Positions 22,624-34,019 of a stretch of DNA of 64,000 nucleotides are shown here, in pieces. The DNA lies in the NCBI GenBank assembly GCA_964036045.1, contig OZ038378.1, forward strand, positions 196,168,001 through 196,232,000, read 5' to 3'. The position numbers and the translations under genes are program-made. The notes beneath the pieces are model-generated. The model was not told the DNA's origin. It saw only the letters and a program-made list of their open reading frames with translations, and searched no databases. This stretch comes from Eutreptiella sp. 'Long Island Sound 2002'. Its lineage: Eukaryota > Protista > Euglenida. The first letter of the stretch is position 1, and the number at the start of each line of letters is the position of its first letter.

Positions 22624-23215
22624 GTGCTTCATGGCACGGGACGGTGGTGTCGGGGCGTACCCTGTCCACCCAGAATGCCCCGCCGGCGGGCCCCCATTTT
22701 GATGTGTTGTGTTGTTCCAGCCATCAACGCCCCACCCCCCCTCCACAAGAGCACAAACGTATGAGGGGGCCAGCTGAGAAAATGGCAGCCTGGGCCCGAG
22801 GGCAACGCCTTTTGCCGGGACCCAATTGAAAAATGGCAACTGTGGCCGGGGCGCAACCGACAAAATTGCGGCTTTGACCCGCACCCAACGGACAAAGCGG
22901 CCATTCTGACCGGAGCCCAGCCGAGTCCGTGCCCTGCGGTGAGGAGGGAGCATACGGTAGACACCTGCGCGAATTTCCCGAAAGGTTGGGGGGTTCATTC
23001 ATGTTTCAGCCCCGAGTTCCGACACAGATATCCCCACCCGACCACGGCAGCGCAATCATCGCTGGTTCGAATCCCGGTTGGGTTGTTGAGTGATCTGCAC
23101 AGCGTGGCCAGCCACATTGGGAGGCATAGATTGCAGCTTCCGTGCTGACATCGTCACGACGGGGGGTGGCATTCGGAATGTCAAGCCCCAACCGCCTTTG
23201 CTGCGGTTGTATGGC

Positions 23216-23485
23216 CAGGGCTGTCCTTAAGGCCCCCCCCCTTTTTGGTTTTCGACAGCCCTTAGGGACAGCCCCCAGGCACCGCCAACCGCCACCCACC
23301 AACCGCCAGCCGCAACTGACCCACTAACTGCCAACCGCCGCCAACTGCCAACCATTGTTCAACACTCTTTCGGTGGTTTTGCGTTTTGCCCATGTCTTGA
23401 CCATGAAGCAGAGAGCGTCCCCGCGAAGGTTCGTTCCTGTTGGCGTTGCGAACCCTTCCCCCCCCCCCCCTTAAGGACAGCTCTG
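23216..23485 (+). mobile_element. MITE family B (TIR CAGGGCTGTCC...GGACAGCYCTG), perfect 8-bp TSD
   Basis: TGTATGGC at 23208-23215 and 23486-23493; internal (CCAACCG)n. Confidence 0.9.
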
Positions 23486-23672
23486 TGTATGGCTGAGAGG
23501 CGGGGCAATGTGTTGGCATCCCCCACTCGCAGGAACGGGGCACAGGCACAGGCGACCACGCCATGCACATCTTGCCATGGCTGTACCAGCACAGCAGGAC
23601 AGCAACGACACAGGCAGCAGAGACGACGGACTACTCACCGGCCAAGCGGGAGGTCTCGGAGAGGCTGGTGGG

Positions 23673-23900
23673 CAAGGATGCATTAGAAGGAAAGGCGCCT
23701 CAGAGGCGGCCAGACAGGCGGCCAGACAGGCGGTTGGAGGAGGTTGCCAAAGCGATTGGGGGCGGTTACTGTCGGTTACAAATGCCATTCAAGCTCGCAC
23801 TTGGCGTCAGGGAGACAGTGGCTGGGCATAGGCTGGGCGCCCTGGGGGGGGGGGGGGGTGGGCAACCCCTGCCCCCCCCCCCCCCCCTCCTCCATCCCTG
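23673..23900 (+). mobile_element. MITE family A
   Basis: CAAGGATGCATTAGAAG start, CATCCCTG end, shared core. Confidence 0.8.
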
Positions 23901-24033
23901 CGGAGGGAAGGGGGGGGGGGGGGGGGCACCGGGTGTCGAGTGCCACATTGTTTTTGCAACCTGATCGCTTGGTCGGGGTCAGTTGTTGGGGGAGTCTGGG
24001 GGGCCCCAACCGCCTTTGCTGCGGTTGTATGGC

Positions 24034-24125
24034 CAGGGCTGTCCTTAAGAGCCCCCATTCTTTTGTTTGTGGTATCGACAGCCCTTAGGGACAGCCCCCA
24101 GGCACCGCCAACCGCCAGCTGCCAC
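24034..24125 (+). mobile_element. Partial family B copy sharing its left flank with the 23216 copy
   Basis: About 30 nt of identical upstream flank. Confidence 0.75.
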
Positions 24126-25037
24126 GGACCCCGAATTGCCACGAGGGGAGGGCATGTGTTGGGATGAGAGTGGAATGTCCAGCCCCCGGCCGTGCAATGC
24201 GATTTACCCCCCCGATTTACCCCCATTGTGATTTACCCCCCCCCCCTTTTCTTTTCTTTTCTTTTCTGAAAACAGTTTTTTTCCATATGCAACCTACACC
24301 CCCCCCCCCCCCCCAAAAAGTGCACGCGACCTGTGCCTGAAAAAAAAGTGTTGGTTGAAACAAAAACGCGACTCGACCAAAAAAAAGGTGCATGCAACTT
24401 ACCCCCCCCCCGCAAAAAAAAAAGACGCAACTTGCACTTTTGTCTGCAATCGACCTGCGCTTTCCTCCACCCCCCCTACCCCCGCCCCACCCGATGGACA
24501 CGCCCGATAGACACCAGCAACCTCAAGCGACAACAGCAGTAAATGTGGAGAGGGGAGTGCCATACTCCCCCCCAAAACCTGCGCACATGCACGGCCCCCG
24601 AACGCTGGTTGGGTCCCGTGCAGTACAACCGCTGTCCAATATCATGTCTTTTGTTGACCCCTGTGGGCAACTGGTGCGTGGGGTGCTTGTGCCTGGCACT
24701 GCATAGCGATGTGTCACAAAAACCAGCGGTCGATCATGTACGTTGTAAGTCGTGTAGTTGTTCGTGCCGTGTGCGAGTTCAAAGAAATTGCCGAGTATTT
24801 GTTTTTCTGCTGCAATGCAAGTGACATGGGGGCGGTGGCCCAGTCGTGTCTGCACGCAGGATTCGCCCTGTGTGAGCCACCGCGGGCGGATGTGCTGCAT
24901 CATTCGGGGACCTCGCCGTATCTTGGACCGGGGGGTGGGGGCGGGGGACATGCAGCATTTTGCATCAGCCCTCTGACCCCCCCCCCCCTTCTCCCTGTGA
25001 GGGCGTGTCCCTCTCCTCCTCCTCCTGCTGTCAGCAG

Positions 25038-25083
25038 CGCGGGCGCCATTCCCCCGCTCCGCCCGCTGGATCTTGAAGTCCAG
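25038..25083 (+). CDS. Gene 2 candidate small exon (AGAIPPLRPLDLEVQ)
   Basis: cag acceptor, CAG|GTTGTG donor in phase 0 matching the next exon. Confidence 0.4.
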
Positions 25084-25386
25084 GTTGTGCTTTGTGCTCA
25101 TGTGAAGGATTTGATGGGCAACCCGCACGCACCCCCAGCAAAACTCTATGGTATGGTGACGGGACAGGGGAAGCTGATCCTGTGGGGGGTTTCGCCTTCT
25201 CCCTAATTTGGGGTGGTGACACTCAAACTCCAGGAGCCGGTCAGAAATTCACTCCGACGCCCCCTCCCCCGGGCGCAGAGCTGACTTCCACGCAAATGGC
25301 ATGGCTCGCAAGGCCACACAGAGGCCGTGTGCGGCGACGGCGTCTCCGCCCTCTCCGCCCCACCCCCCACCCCTTCCCACCCGCAG

Positions 25387-25913
25387 GACCCGGCACTCAC
25401 GATCCCCTCGCCGCTGTCCGCGCGGAGCAGCAGCCGCGGGTCCCGCTCCGCCCGGTCCTCCTCCCACGGCTCCGAGGCCTCCCACAGCCCCACCTCCGCC
25501 CCCGACACCCCGTCCCACGCCCTCACCGTCACCGTGTCGGGCCTCATGGAGGCGCCCGCCCCCCCAAGGCCCGTGGAGACGGGCAGCGGTGGGCCGCCCC
25601 TTCCGACGGACGGCCCGCAGACCGACGCCGACATTGACTCCGCCGTGGCCGCACCGCCTCCCGCGCCGGCACCGGCGCCCCCAGCCCCCCCACTACCCCC
25701 GCCGTCCCCGGGCACGGCCGAGACGGAGGAGGCGGCCAAGCGCATCCGGGCCTCAGTCCGTTCGTGGCTCCATCGCCGCGGGCCCAAAGCGCCTGCGGTT
25801 GTGACGGTGCCCCCAGCCCCAGGCCCCCCTCTCTCGCACCCGTGGCTGCGGCGGAGGGTCTCGCGGCGTCCCCAGCGCCCGCTCCGGTGCAGTGACCTGC
25901 TCTGGCCTCGCAG
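25387..25913 (+). CDS. Gene 2 exon, Ser/Pro-rich with IQ-like AAKRIRASVRSWLHRR
   Basis: ccgcag acceptor, AG|GTGTGC donor (phase 2), very high GC3. Confidence 0.75.
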
Positions 25914-26560
25914 GTGTGCGGGGCGGGCGACGAAGGGATTGTGCGGCAGGTGCAGGCAGCGCCCCCCTCCCCCCGACTTCGGGGCGCGGTCCGCCGGCTG
26001 TGGCATACGGTTGCGGCGTTGCGCTGGGCGTGTCTCGGCTCCTCGTTTGCCTCGCTTGCAACATCGCCTCCCCCCCCCCCCGGAGGGGGGAACCGTCACC
26101 TTGGCCCAGACAGCATAGGAAAGACTAGGCGCCGAAAGTGCCAAAGAATATTTTTACAAGGCGCCGAAGCTGATTTACATGGTGATACTATGGTACAGAT
26201 TTGTGGTGCGGTCACCCCCCCCCCCCCCAGGGGGGGAACCGTCACTTTGTGACCGTCCCCCCCCCGCCCCCCGAGGGGGGAAGCGGCCCGACAAAAGGGG
26301 GGAGATTTCAAAGGGGGGGGGGGCGTCGTTCACGACGTAGGCCCCGATTGTTTTCACCGGCAAAGAAAAGCCCCAGCAGCTGCCGGGTCTTCAGACGGGT
26401 GGCGACCCTTTGTGCATAGATTTGGCGGGGCAGTCCTTTGCTGGGCCCTCTTCCTCAGCCGCGGTGCCATATTTTGTTTACACACCTTCTTGTTCGCCTG
26501 TTCACGCTTTCTCTTCCTCCTTCGGCACTTCAGCACCCCCTATCCCACCGCTTCTGGCAG

Positions 26561-26887
26561 GTGCTGTAGAATTGCCGATGCCCCTGTCTCTGCTGCGGCT
26601 CTGACGATGATCACCGGCCGGGCCTCTCCGCGCGCCCATGGGTCCCGAAGCCTCCGGGTGGGGCCCCAGCGGGGGTTGCGGCACCACAAGGGGCTCTGGA
26701 ATATCAAGCCCCGCCGACACACGATCTCGCACCGGGCGTGGCGAGGCCGGCACATGGCACCGCAGAACACACTGAAGGCTCAGCAGCGCCAAGCCCGTGC
26801 CCCGCAGTATTTTGTGGCTGAGGTGCTGAGGGAGTGTCTGCGGTCGTACTTCACGACCGCCTGGGAAGCTTTCCGGGTCATGCAGAG
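26561..26887 (+). CDS. Gene 2 exon (...YFVAEVLRECLRSYFTTAWEAFRVMQR)
   Basis: ttctggcag acceptor phase 2, AG|GTGTCT donor phase 2, consistent with both neighbours. Confidence 0.65.
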
Positions 26888-26943
26888 GTGTCTGCCTATT
26901 CCTTCCGAGACTCTGTCCTCTAGGGTTAGAGTTAGGGCTAGGG

Positions 26944-27900
26944 TCACCGAGCTGGTGGAACCAGTCTTGGTTTTATAACCCTTTTTAGTGTCTAGGGTGG
27001 ACCTACCAGGTTTAGCAGCAGCAGCAGCAAGCACCAAGCAGCACGCGCGAAATGGGTAAAAATCAGAACTCTGTTGTGGTGCTTCAGATTCAGGTGAAAT
27101 TTTGGTGGATGATACCTATGGGTGTGAAGTACAATCACACAAAGTTTGAGCAAGTAACTCAACGGTGGCGGCCGGGAACGGGATTCGCAAGTGGCAGACC
27201 TCAGTTTCAAAAACTGCAGTTTAGGGCCAAAAACAGCCATTTTTGGGCCAAAAAAGCCCTGGAACACATTCAAAACGGCCAAGCGAAGGGAAACGGTGGG
27301 TACACTTCACGTGCGGCTTGACTTCCCCGTGTCAACGAGCTCTTTGCGGCCCTCTAACTCCATGATATGTCCCGGAAACGGCCCAAAAAGGCCCCAACAA
27401 GCTCCAAATGCCGACAGCCACAAACCATGGCTCAAAATGCGATTCCGAGGGCACCTACTCCATCCGCAACCCCCCACTTTTTGTGGTTTCCACCCCTCAG
27501 AATTGCCCAAACGGACGCCTAGACCCCAATACCTAGGCCCACTAGGCTGCGGCAAACTGCAAGCTCAAGCCCAATCAGGTGGGTGCCCAAATGGGTAATC
27601 AGGGTCCAGGGTCCAGTAGGGGCAAAAAGATGACTTTTCTCAAAAATGATCCTAGACCATGTGCGACACTAAAACAAGTGTTTTCGGACTGTTTTGAGCT
27701 TGTGGTGGCCCATTTTGGTCCTCCGAAAATCCCAAAATGCCTTGAAAATGGGCTGTTTTGGGACCAAAAATGGATCAAAAATGGGTCAAAAGCGCATTTT
27801 TCCAAACCTCATCCTAGACCATTTGGGGTGCACAAACGGGTGAAATGAGCCCATTTTAAGCCCATTTTGGGGCATTTTGGCCTCTCAGAAGTCCAAAAAG
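26944..27900. repeat. Dispersed low-complexity repeat element following telomere-like repeats
   Basis: Abrupt compositional change with A/T-tract periodicity; internal repeat ATCCTAGACCAT at about 27648 and 27810. Confidence 0.4.
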
Positions 27901-28750
27901 CCTTGAAAGTGGGCCTCTCGGTGATGGGGTTTAGTTGCAAGCTGATTTCACTTTGTCAAGAGCCATCAATGTGTGAATCATTCTCGATGTCCCTCACTAG
28001 TCATAGCTGATGTTCCCTCCCCCACCAGCTCGGTCCCAATATTCAGTCTTGATTAGGGTTGGATAGTGTTGGGCTGCAAAGTGGAAAAAATTTCCTTCGG
28101 GTGCCTTTGATGTCTCCGGAGCGTTGGGCGCCCTTGGTGCCCATGGAGGCCGGCACCTTTGGCAACTAACTGTTGGCCGGAGGCCCCTTGGGGGGGGGGT
28201 AGTCCGCGTACTAGGACCCGCAGAGTCATCCCCCCCGCCCCCCCGACTGTTTGGCATTCATCCGACGGTTGCCGGGTGTGTGTGTGTGTGTGTGTGTGTG
28301 TGCGCATGAAAGCAAATGGCATATGCCATCAAGACAAGCGCACAGCCAACACACACACATGCACACATGTGCACGCACAGGCACACACATGCACAAGCAC
28401 ACCCCCTCCATTGGGGGCCCTTGCTCATGGGTCAGCGCATGGGCATGTGGGTCTGCAGGGGGTAGAAGAATCACGGCTGTCCACAGTCTTCGTGTAGTGC
28501 TAAGAGGGAGGAAAGGCCGCAACGGGTGGAATGTCCAAACACTACTGCAGTGCACGCAGAGCTGCAGATGTGACCAAAGGCACCAATGGTTGAAGCATGC
28601 CGCAGCACCTGTTTTTGGGGCCTGTTGGTGGGGATTTTGAAGCATGCCGCAACATGCCGCAGCACACTGAAAATTGGGTTGCGACTTTTTGGGAAAAAAG
28701 TCTCGGACCGAAATATCAATTCCATCTCTGAGCAGTCATTTGGCAAAGAT

Positions 28751-28822
28751 GGCCTGTACTCTAGTGGTCAAATGGTGCATCTTTGATTGAGAGAGGTCCA
28801 TGGTTCAATTCCTGTGATTGGC
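28751..28822 (+). pseudogene. Decayed tRNA-like sequence or tRNA-derived SINE head
   Basis: A-box-like CTAGTGG and B-box GGTTCAATTCC at tRNA spacing, but stems pair poorly. Confidence 0.3.
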
Positions 28823-30738
28823 GACGTGCAGCAAACTAGGCACAAACAGGGGCACACAGTCCAACCTGTTTCCCCCTTTTTTTCTTTGTGCTGTGCTGTG
28901 CTTTGACAGATCATTGTTTTTTTCTTTTTGTCTTTTGATGTCGACTGTTGAACCCACTGAGGAGGGAACAACATAACCCAAGAGGAACAAGGAGAGAACT
29001 AGGAGTACTGCAGACGGTGTGCAGTGGGCAATTGGAGAAGGCATCGGGCAATACCTATGTTGTACAGACACCCAGGGTGAAGGTGCGTCAAAATGGGAAA
29101 TTGTATTGTAACGTCTCAATATGAGTAAAGACGTTGCGGCATTTGGCAATCATGTATGTCAATAAAATGGACAAAAGCGGAGATATGAGTAGCAACATGA
29201 CCACCCATGAAATGATTCTGTGGTGTTCATCGTTGCAGGGTGTCAGGAGATGCAATCCTTTGTGTTTGGTTTTGGGTTTTGCCCATTTTGTAGCTTTTGG
29301 AAATTTTGGGTACCCCCCACCTACGGCTGGAAGCATGCCGCAGCATGCCGCAGCACAGCAAATTTTTCTTGGGGACTGTTAGTGCATGGATGTGATGTAT
29401 GATAGCGAACACTATGGGCTGGTTTCAAAATTGTGCAGCACGCGCGCGGTGTCTGTGCATCCCTCTGTCCCAACAATTGCACCGGACGGTTTTGCATTGA
29501 TGAGCACACCACGCCCCTATGCCCAGGTCCGCTGCACAAGGAGAGCCCCAGCCCCTTGCCACTCTGGGGGAGCGCTCGTCCCACCATCGCGACCGCCCCC
29601 GGGCAGGCTACCGTCCGTGGGCCATGCATTTCATTTGTAACTGGTCGGTGTGTGCGCTTGGCCATCCGCAGCGAGCACATTCTGGTCTGCGGGATGGCAC
29701 AGCCCCGTGCATGGCCCGGTTTGTGCTCTACCCCTTTGCGGACCCTCGGAAGTACAGGTACGTTTACCTTTACCTGCGGAGGAGGTCTGCCAGGGCCTAG
29801 TGGGGCTAGCAGTGCGGAACACGGTGATGGAGGGTAACCGGATAATTTAACCCGTTCCCCCCAAATAGGAGCACAGGTCCAGTCTCTGCAACGCCCCAAT
29901 AAAAGCAACCCCTGGTTGGGGGCCAACGCGACACCCCAATAAAATCAGCACCAAACACAAAGAACGGGAGCAGAGCACCAATGCATTTTTGAGGCCAAAT
30001 CAATCACCACAAAGTTGCTTCTTGATATTGCTTCTCCACATGCAGATTGTGCGGCTGTTCAGACTGATGGCATTGTGGCTTCCCCTGCTGCTGCAGTTCC
30101 TGTTCCTGGCATGCCCTCTTCGACTGCAGCACTGTCTGTGCCAGAGTCACCACAACAGTTGGACTCTGGGCCAGCTGCTGATGTGCCCGAAGGAATGGCA
30201 AGGCTTGTTTCTTTGCTTTGGCTGCTTGTGGTTGCACCAGTGGAGAAGGTGGCGCTGGATTCTTCTCAGAGACTGTCCATAACATCACTGCCACTGGCAG
30301 CCAGCAGGTCCACCAAAGCAAATCCAATGCAGTACTGTGCACACCGCAGGCGGCGAGGAACAAGAAACCGGCCCAACGCCCACATAGAAGCGACCCCAAG
30401 TCGAAGCAAGACCCCAGGAGGCCTGACGTCATCAACCACCACAGAAGCAACCCTTGAGTACATTTGGTGGGGGGTTTACAGCACATAAGACCGACACCCA
30501 TCGTCCGGGCTTTCCTTTAGGACCAGTGGCAGGATTCTGTTCATCAGCAGCGGTTGAGACTCAAGTGCCGGTTGACCAACCGTCAAGTCACGCGTCGGCT
30601 GGCGCTCTGCGGAGGTCCGAGCGCACCGGAGGCGGGGCAGACGTTTTGGGTTTTGGTCGTAAGGACGGCCCTGCCCGTGGCCCCAGGTTCCAATCGTGGA
30701 CCCGGGCTGTTCGCAGCCCCACCTCTCAACCCCCGCAG

Positions 30739-30991
30739 GTTCACCAGCGCCCGCGTGGCGCGGCTGAGGGACGGTGGGGAGCTGTCGGATGCACGAGTGC
30801 TGATCATGCAGCGTGCCGCGCGGTGCTGGCTGGCGCGCCGCCGGTGCCACGTGCAGAGGGCCAAGCGCCGCGCCGTGCAGGCCCAAGAGGAGAAGCTGAT
30901 GCGGGAGCTGGTGCGGGTGCAGGCGGCCTCCGTGATTCAAAGGGAGTGGCGGAGGGCTCGCACCGCTCGTGGCAATGCGGCTGCACTGATG
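30739..30991 (+). CDS. Gene 2 exon with IQ calmodulin-binding-like motifs (MQRAARCWLARR; AASVIQREWRRAR)
   Basis: ccgcag acceptor, ATG|GTGTGT donor; splicing to 33888 builds the IQ motif NAAALM-IQRMWKGFHCR. Confidence 0.85.
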
Positions 30992-31004
30992 GTGTGTGTG
31001 TGTG

Positions 31005-31050
<46 letters not shown>

Positions 31051-31809
31051 CAAAAGGCGCCTAGCCACCCATGCCCCTCTTCTATCACAACTTTTACATG
31101 TTTTGACATCACTGGCGTGACGAGATTCGTTCCGAAGACAGAGCCTTAGGCTTCGTGCCTATACCTGCTCTTCTCGCTTCGACCGTGTGTGTGCGTATGC
31201 GTAGCACACCGGTTGGGGTGTGTTGTTGGTACACAGAATGCATGTGTGATTGGGCCCTTGGTGCAGCGGCCCACCCCTCCAAGAAGTTGGCGATGTCAGT
31301 GAGACGTTACACCAAGGTGCTCGCTGATGGAGAGGGATGACTTGGGTGAACCCAAGTTGCAGTGGGCCCAGAGCACCAATCGCTGGTAGGTGCTGGCGCC
31401 GGCTGTATGTATGTGTGTGTCAGGGCTGAGCTTTGCCCCGTTCTGTTTGTGTACTGCCGGCTACTGACCACAGCCCCTGTACTCTTGAGCATCTGTTGTG
31501 GAGTGAGAGTTTTTCTCCTTTGGGTTGTGACAAAATGTACGCGTGCATGTGCGCGTGCTTGTGCGTCTCCATGTGCGGGTGCGGTTGGGGGTCTGGACCC
31601 CTGGGCCTTCTTACCCAGCCCCAGGGCACCAGTGATGCTCCCTGTGGTGGTACAGAGTGGGTGACCTGCACATCCCATCCCCCCCCCCCCCGACTGCCCT
31701 GCGATGCCTGCAGCAACGGATTTGCCCTCCAAAATTGTGTCGCCGGAGAAACACAGGGTTGCGCCGATTCCAGGCACCGGAACGGGGAGGTGGGGGGAGG
31801 GGGGGGGGT

Positions 31810-31850
<41 letters not shown>

Positions 31851-32814
31851 TTCTCTCTCTCTGGGAATTGGACATGGGAATGCAGCACATACACCGACTG
31901 CTGTTCTTCGGGTCCGCGGCGTTTGGTGGCCCCATTTACAAAGGCATTTTGAAGTGCTGGTTTTTGGGATGGGGGCAGCAATGCACGAAAATTGTACCAT
32001 TTGCCCTGGGGCGACTCAAACGGCGAGACAAGTGGCCCCAACGTGATGTTGCCGAGGGGAATGGTGGTGATCACGGTGTCCACTGTGACACCCCACAACA
32101 AGTTCTTCATTGGGAGTACAACCGCTGCTGCTGCTCGACCCGGAACAGGTTCCCCCCAAAGTAACGACCCACACAACAGTGGCATCAAGCGGTCCCCCAC
32201 CTGAGTACCAGAAGCCACGTGGCCTTGACTTCTGAAATCAGGCAGGATCAGGTGCACCCCCCACACTACGGCCACGAGGCCACATGCGTTAGCCATGGGG
32301 AGATGGCAGCAGATGGATTTCTGCTTCAATTGAAAGCGATTTTGCGTCAGCCCCGCTCCCGCTGCAGCAGCTTGTACGGCCGGAGAGTTGCACTGGAACG
32401 GCGTTTTGTTGTTTGCCGGAACGTTTTGTTGGAACGATGCCATTGCCTTGCTCGAACGTTGGGGCGGTTGCACCACGGCGATCCATGATCGATGCCCGTA
32501 AGTGTGCACCATGGAGATGGGAGACTGGAGGGACCGAGCCACTTATTGCCCTGCGGGGCCCACTTCCACCCCCATGGCCATGTCCCTCTATGAACATGAC
32601 AGAGGGGAGGGGCAGGGCTCCTTTTAAAAGGGAGGGGACCCCCCCCCCCCCCCAGTGGTGCCGACTTTTTCAAGGCACTGAAGGCGCCCAAGAAATTTTT
32701 TCGCTTAAACCAACTGGCGCCGAAGGTGCCAGAGAAAAGTTTGATTGGCCGAAGGCCCAGAGAGAAATTTGGCCCAATCACTTAAGGTGTGTGTGTGTGT
32801 GTGTTCTGCCCCTG

Positions 32815-33378
32815 AGCTGCCTACTGTACCTGATGTGCATGATAGCGTGCTCGACATGCTCCCGTTTGTCCGCTTCGTCCAGGAAAAGCTAGGTCTTGCA
32901 TCATTCATCGTGTCTCAGACCACAGACGCGGTGTCCCTCATAAAACAGTTTATGTATAGTCCTCTCCACTACAATCACCCCTCTGATACCGGGACTAACA
33001 TCCAGCGTCGTATTCACCTTCTTACCAGTGTGTCTCGACAAGCAGATGAAGACACCCTATCACACGGTTCCACAACTACAGCCCCAATCGATGTTTCTCA
33101 ATCTCTGGAGGGTACAGATACAGACATCCTCCTAGCAGTTCCCCTCCATATCCAGAGAAGAGTCCTTCACACGGTTGGAGGCACGTGCCTGTGGTATAAC
33201 CGATCTGCCATTGCTACTGCAAATAAGTTTGCCCTGGATCCTAGGCGACAACATGAACCCATAGTGAATAACTCACCTCGTGCAGTTTTCCAGTGGTCTG
33301 ATGTCCAACCTTTTGTCACCAGCGCAGGGAGTCTGCATGACATTCTGCCTCCTAACATTAAACACCTGTGGTGCTGGG
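32815..33378 (+). CDS. Unexplained ~190-codon open frame inside a gene 2 intron
   Basis: Complex, non-GC-biased ORF (part of 32745-33509); no family recognised. Confidence 0.35.
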
Positions 33379-33887
33379 TTCGAGGGGGAAAAAAGGTTTG
33401 CGCGGTGGGGGAGTCGTTGGAGCCCCCAGGAGGAGGGGGGGGGGGGGGGGGCTCTGGAAAAGGGGCTCAAACGTCAGAGCCCTTGTGTAAAGACAGTCCA
33501 TTCACTTGAAGATGGCGAGGAAATCGGGCCTGGCAGAAAATGTTCTGAAATTTCTTTTCCCCATGATACATCCCTCAAAATGATCAGCGCGTTCTGGGGA
33601 TCGTTTGAGGTGGTGTATGTGGGGGTGCCCCTGTTCTGAGCCTCTCCCAGACCCTTTTAGGCTGCCCTCAAGGGAGGGGGGGGGGGCTGGAAAAGGGGCT
33701 CAAACGCCCCCCCTCCCCCCGCGCAAACCATCCCCCCCCCCCGACTCCTGTCACCCGCCCCCAAGCCCCCCCCCCCCCCCAGCTCCGCCCCCTGCCCTTA
33801 AGCGCAGCCCTGCCAACGGCCCTGCCTCCGGAGGAGGGGGCGTGTGCATGTGTCCCGTCCCGCACGTCCTGCCGTTTGTTGCAACAG

Positions 33888-34019
33888 ATTCAGAGGATGT
33901 GGAAGGGGTTTCACTGCCGCCAGGGCTACGGGCCTCAGCGGGAGAAGTTCCGGGCCATCCGAAGTGGCCTACCTACTGCCCCTTGGGAGCAGGCCGCCCA
34001 GGCCACACGGGCTGCTCAG
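33888..34019 (+). CDS. Gene 2 exon with IQ motif (IQRMWKGFHCRQGY...ATRAAQ)
   Basis: caacag acceptor, CAG|GTGTGC donor, phase 0/0. Confidence 0.85.

Noticed and set aside
23063-23073. GGTTCGAATCC B-box as a tRNA gene
   Set aside because: No cloverleaf or convincing A-box; at most a SINE remnant.
25203-26144. 313-aa minus-strand ORF
   Set aside because: Antisense shadow of the plus-strand exon, which has splice sites and phase continuity.
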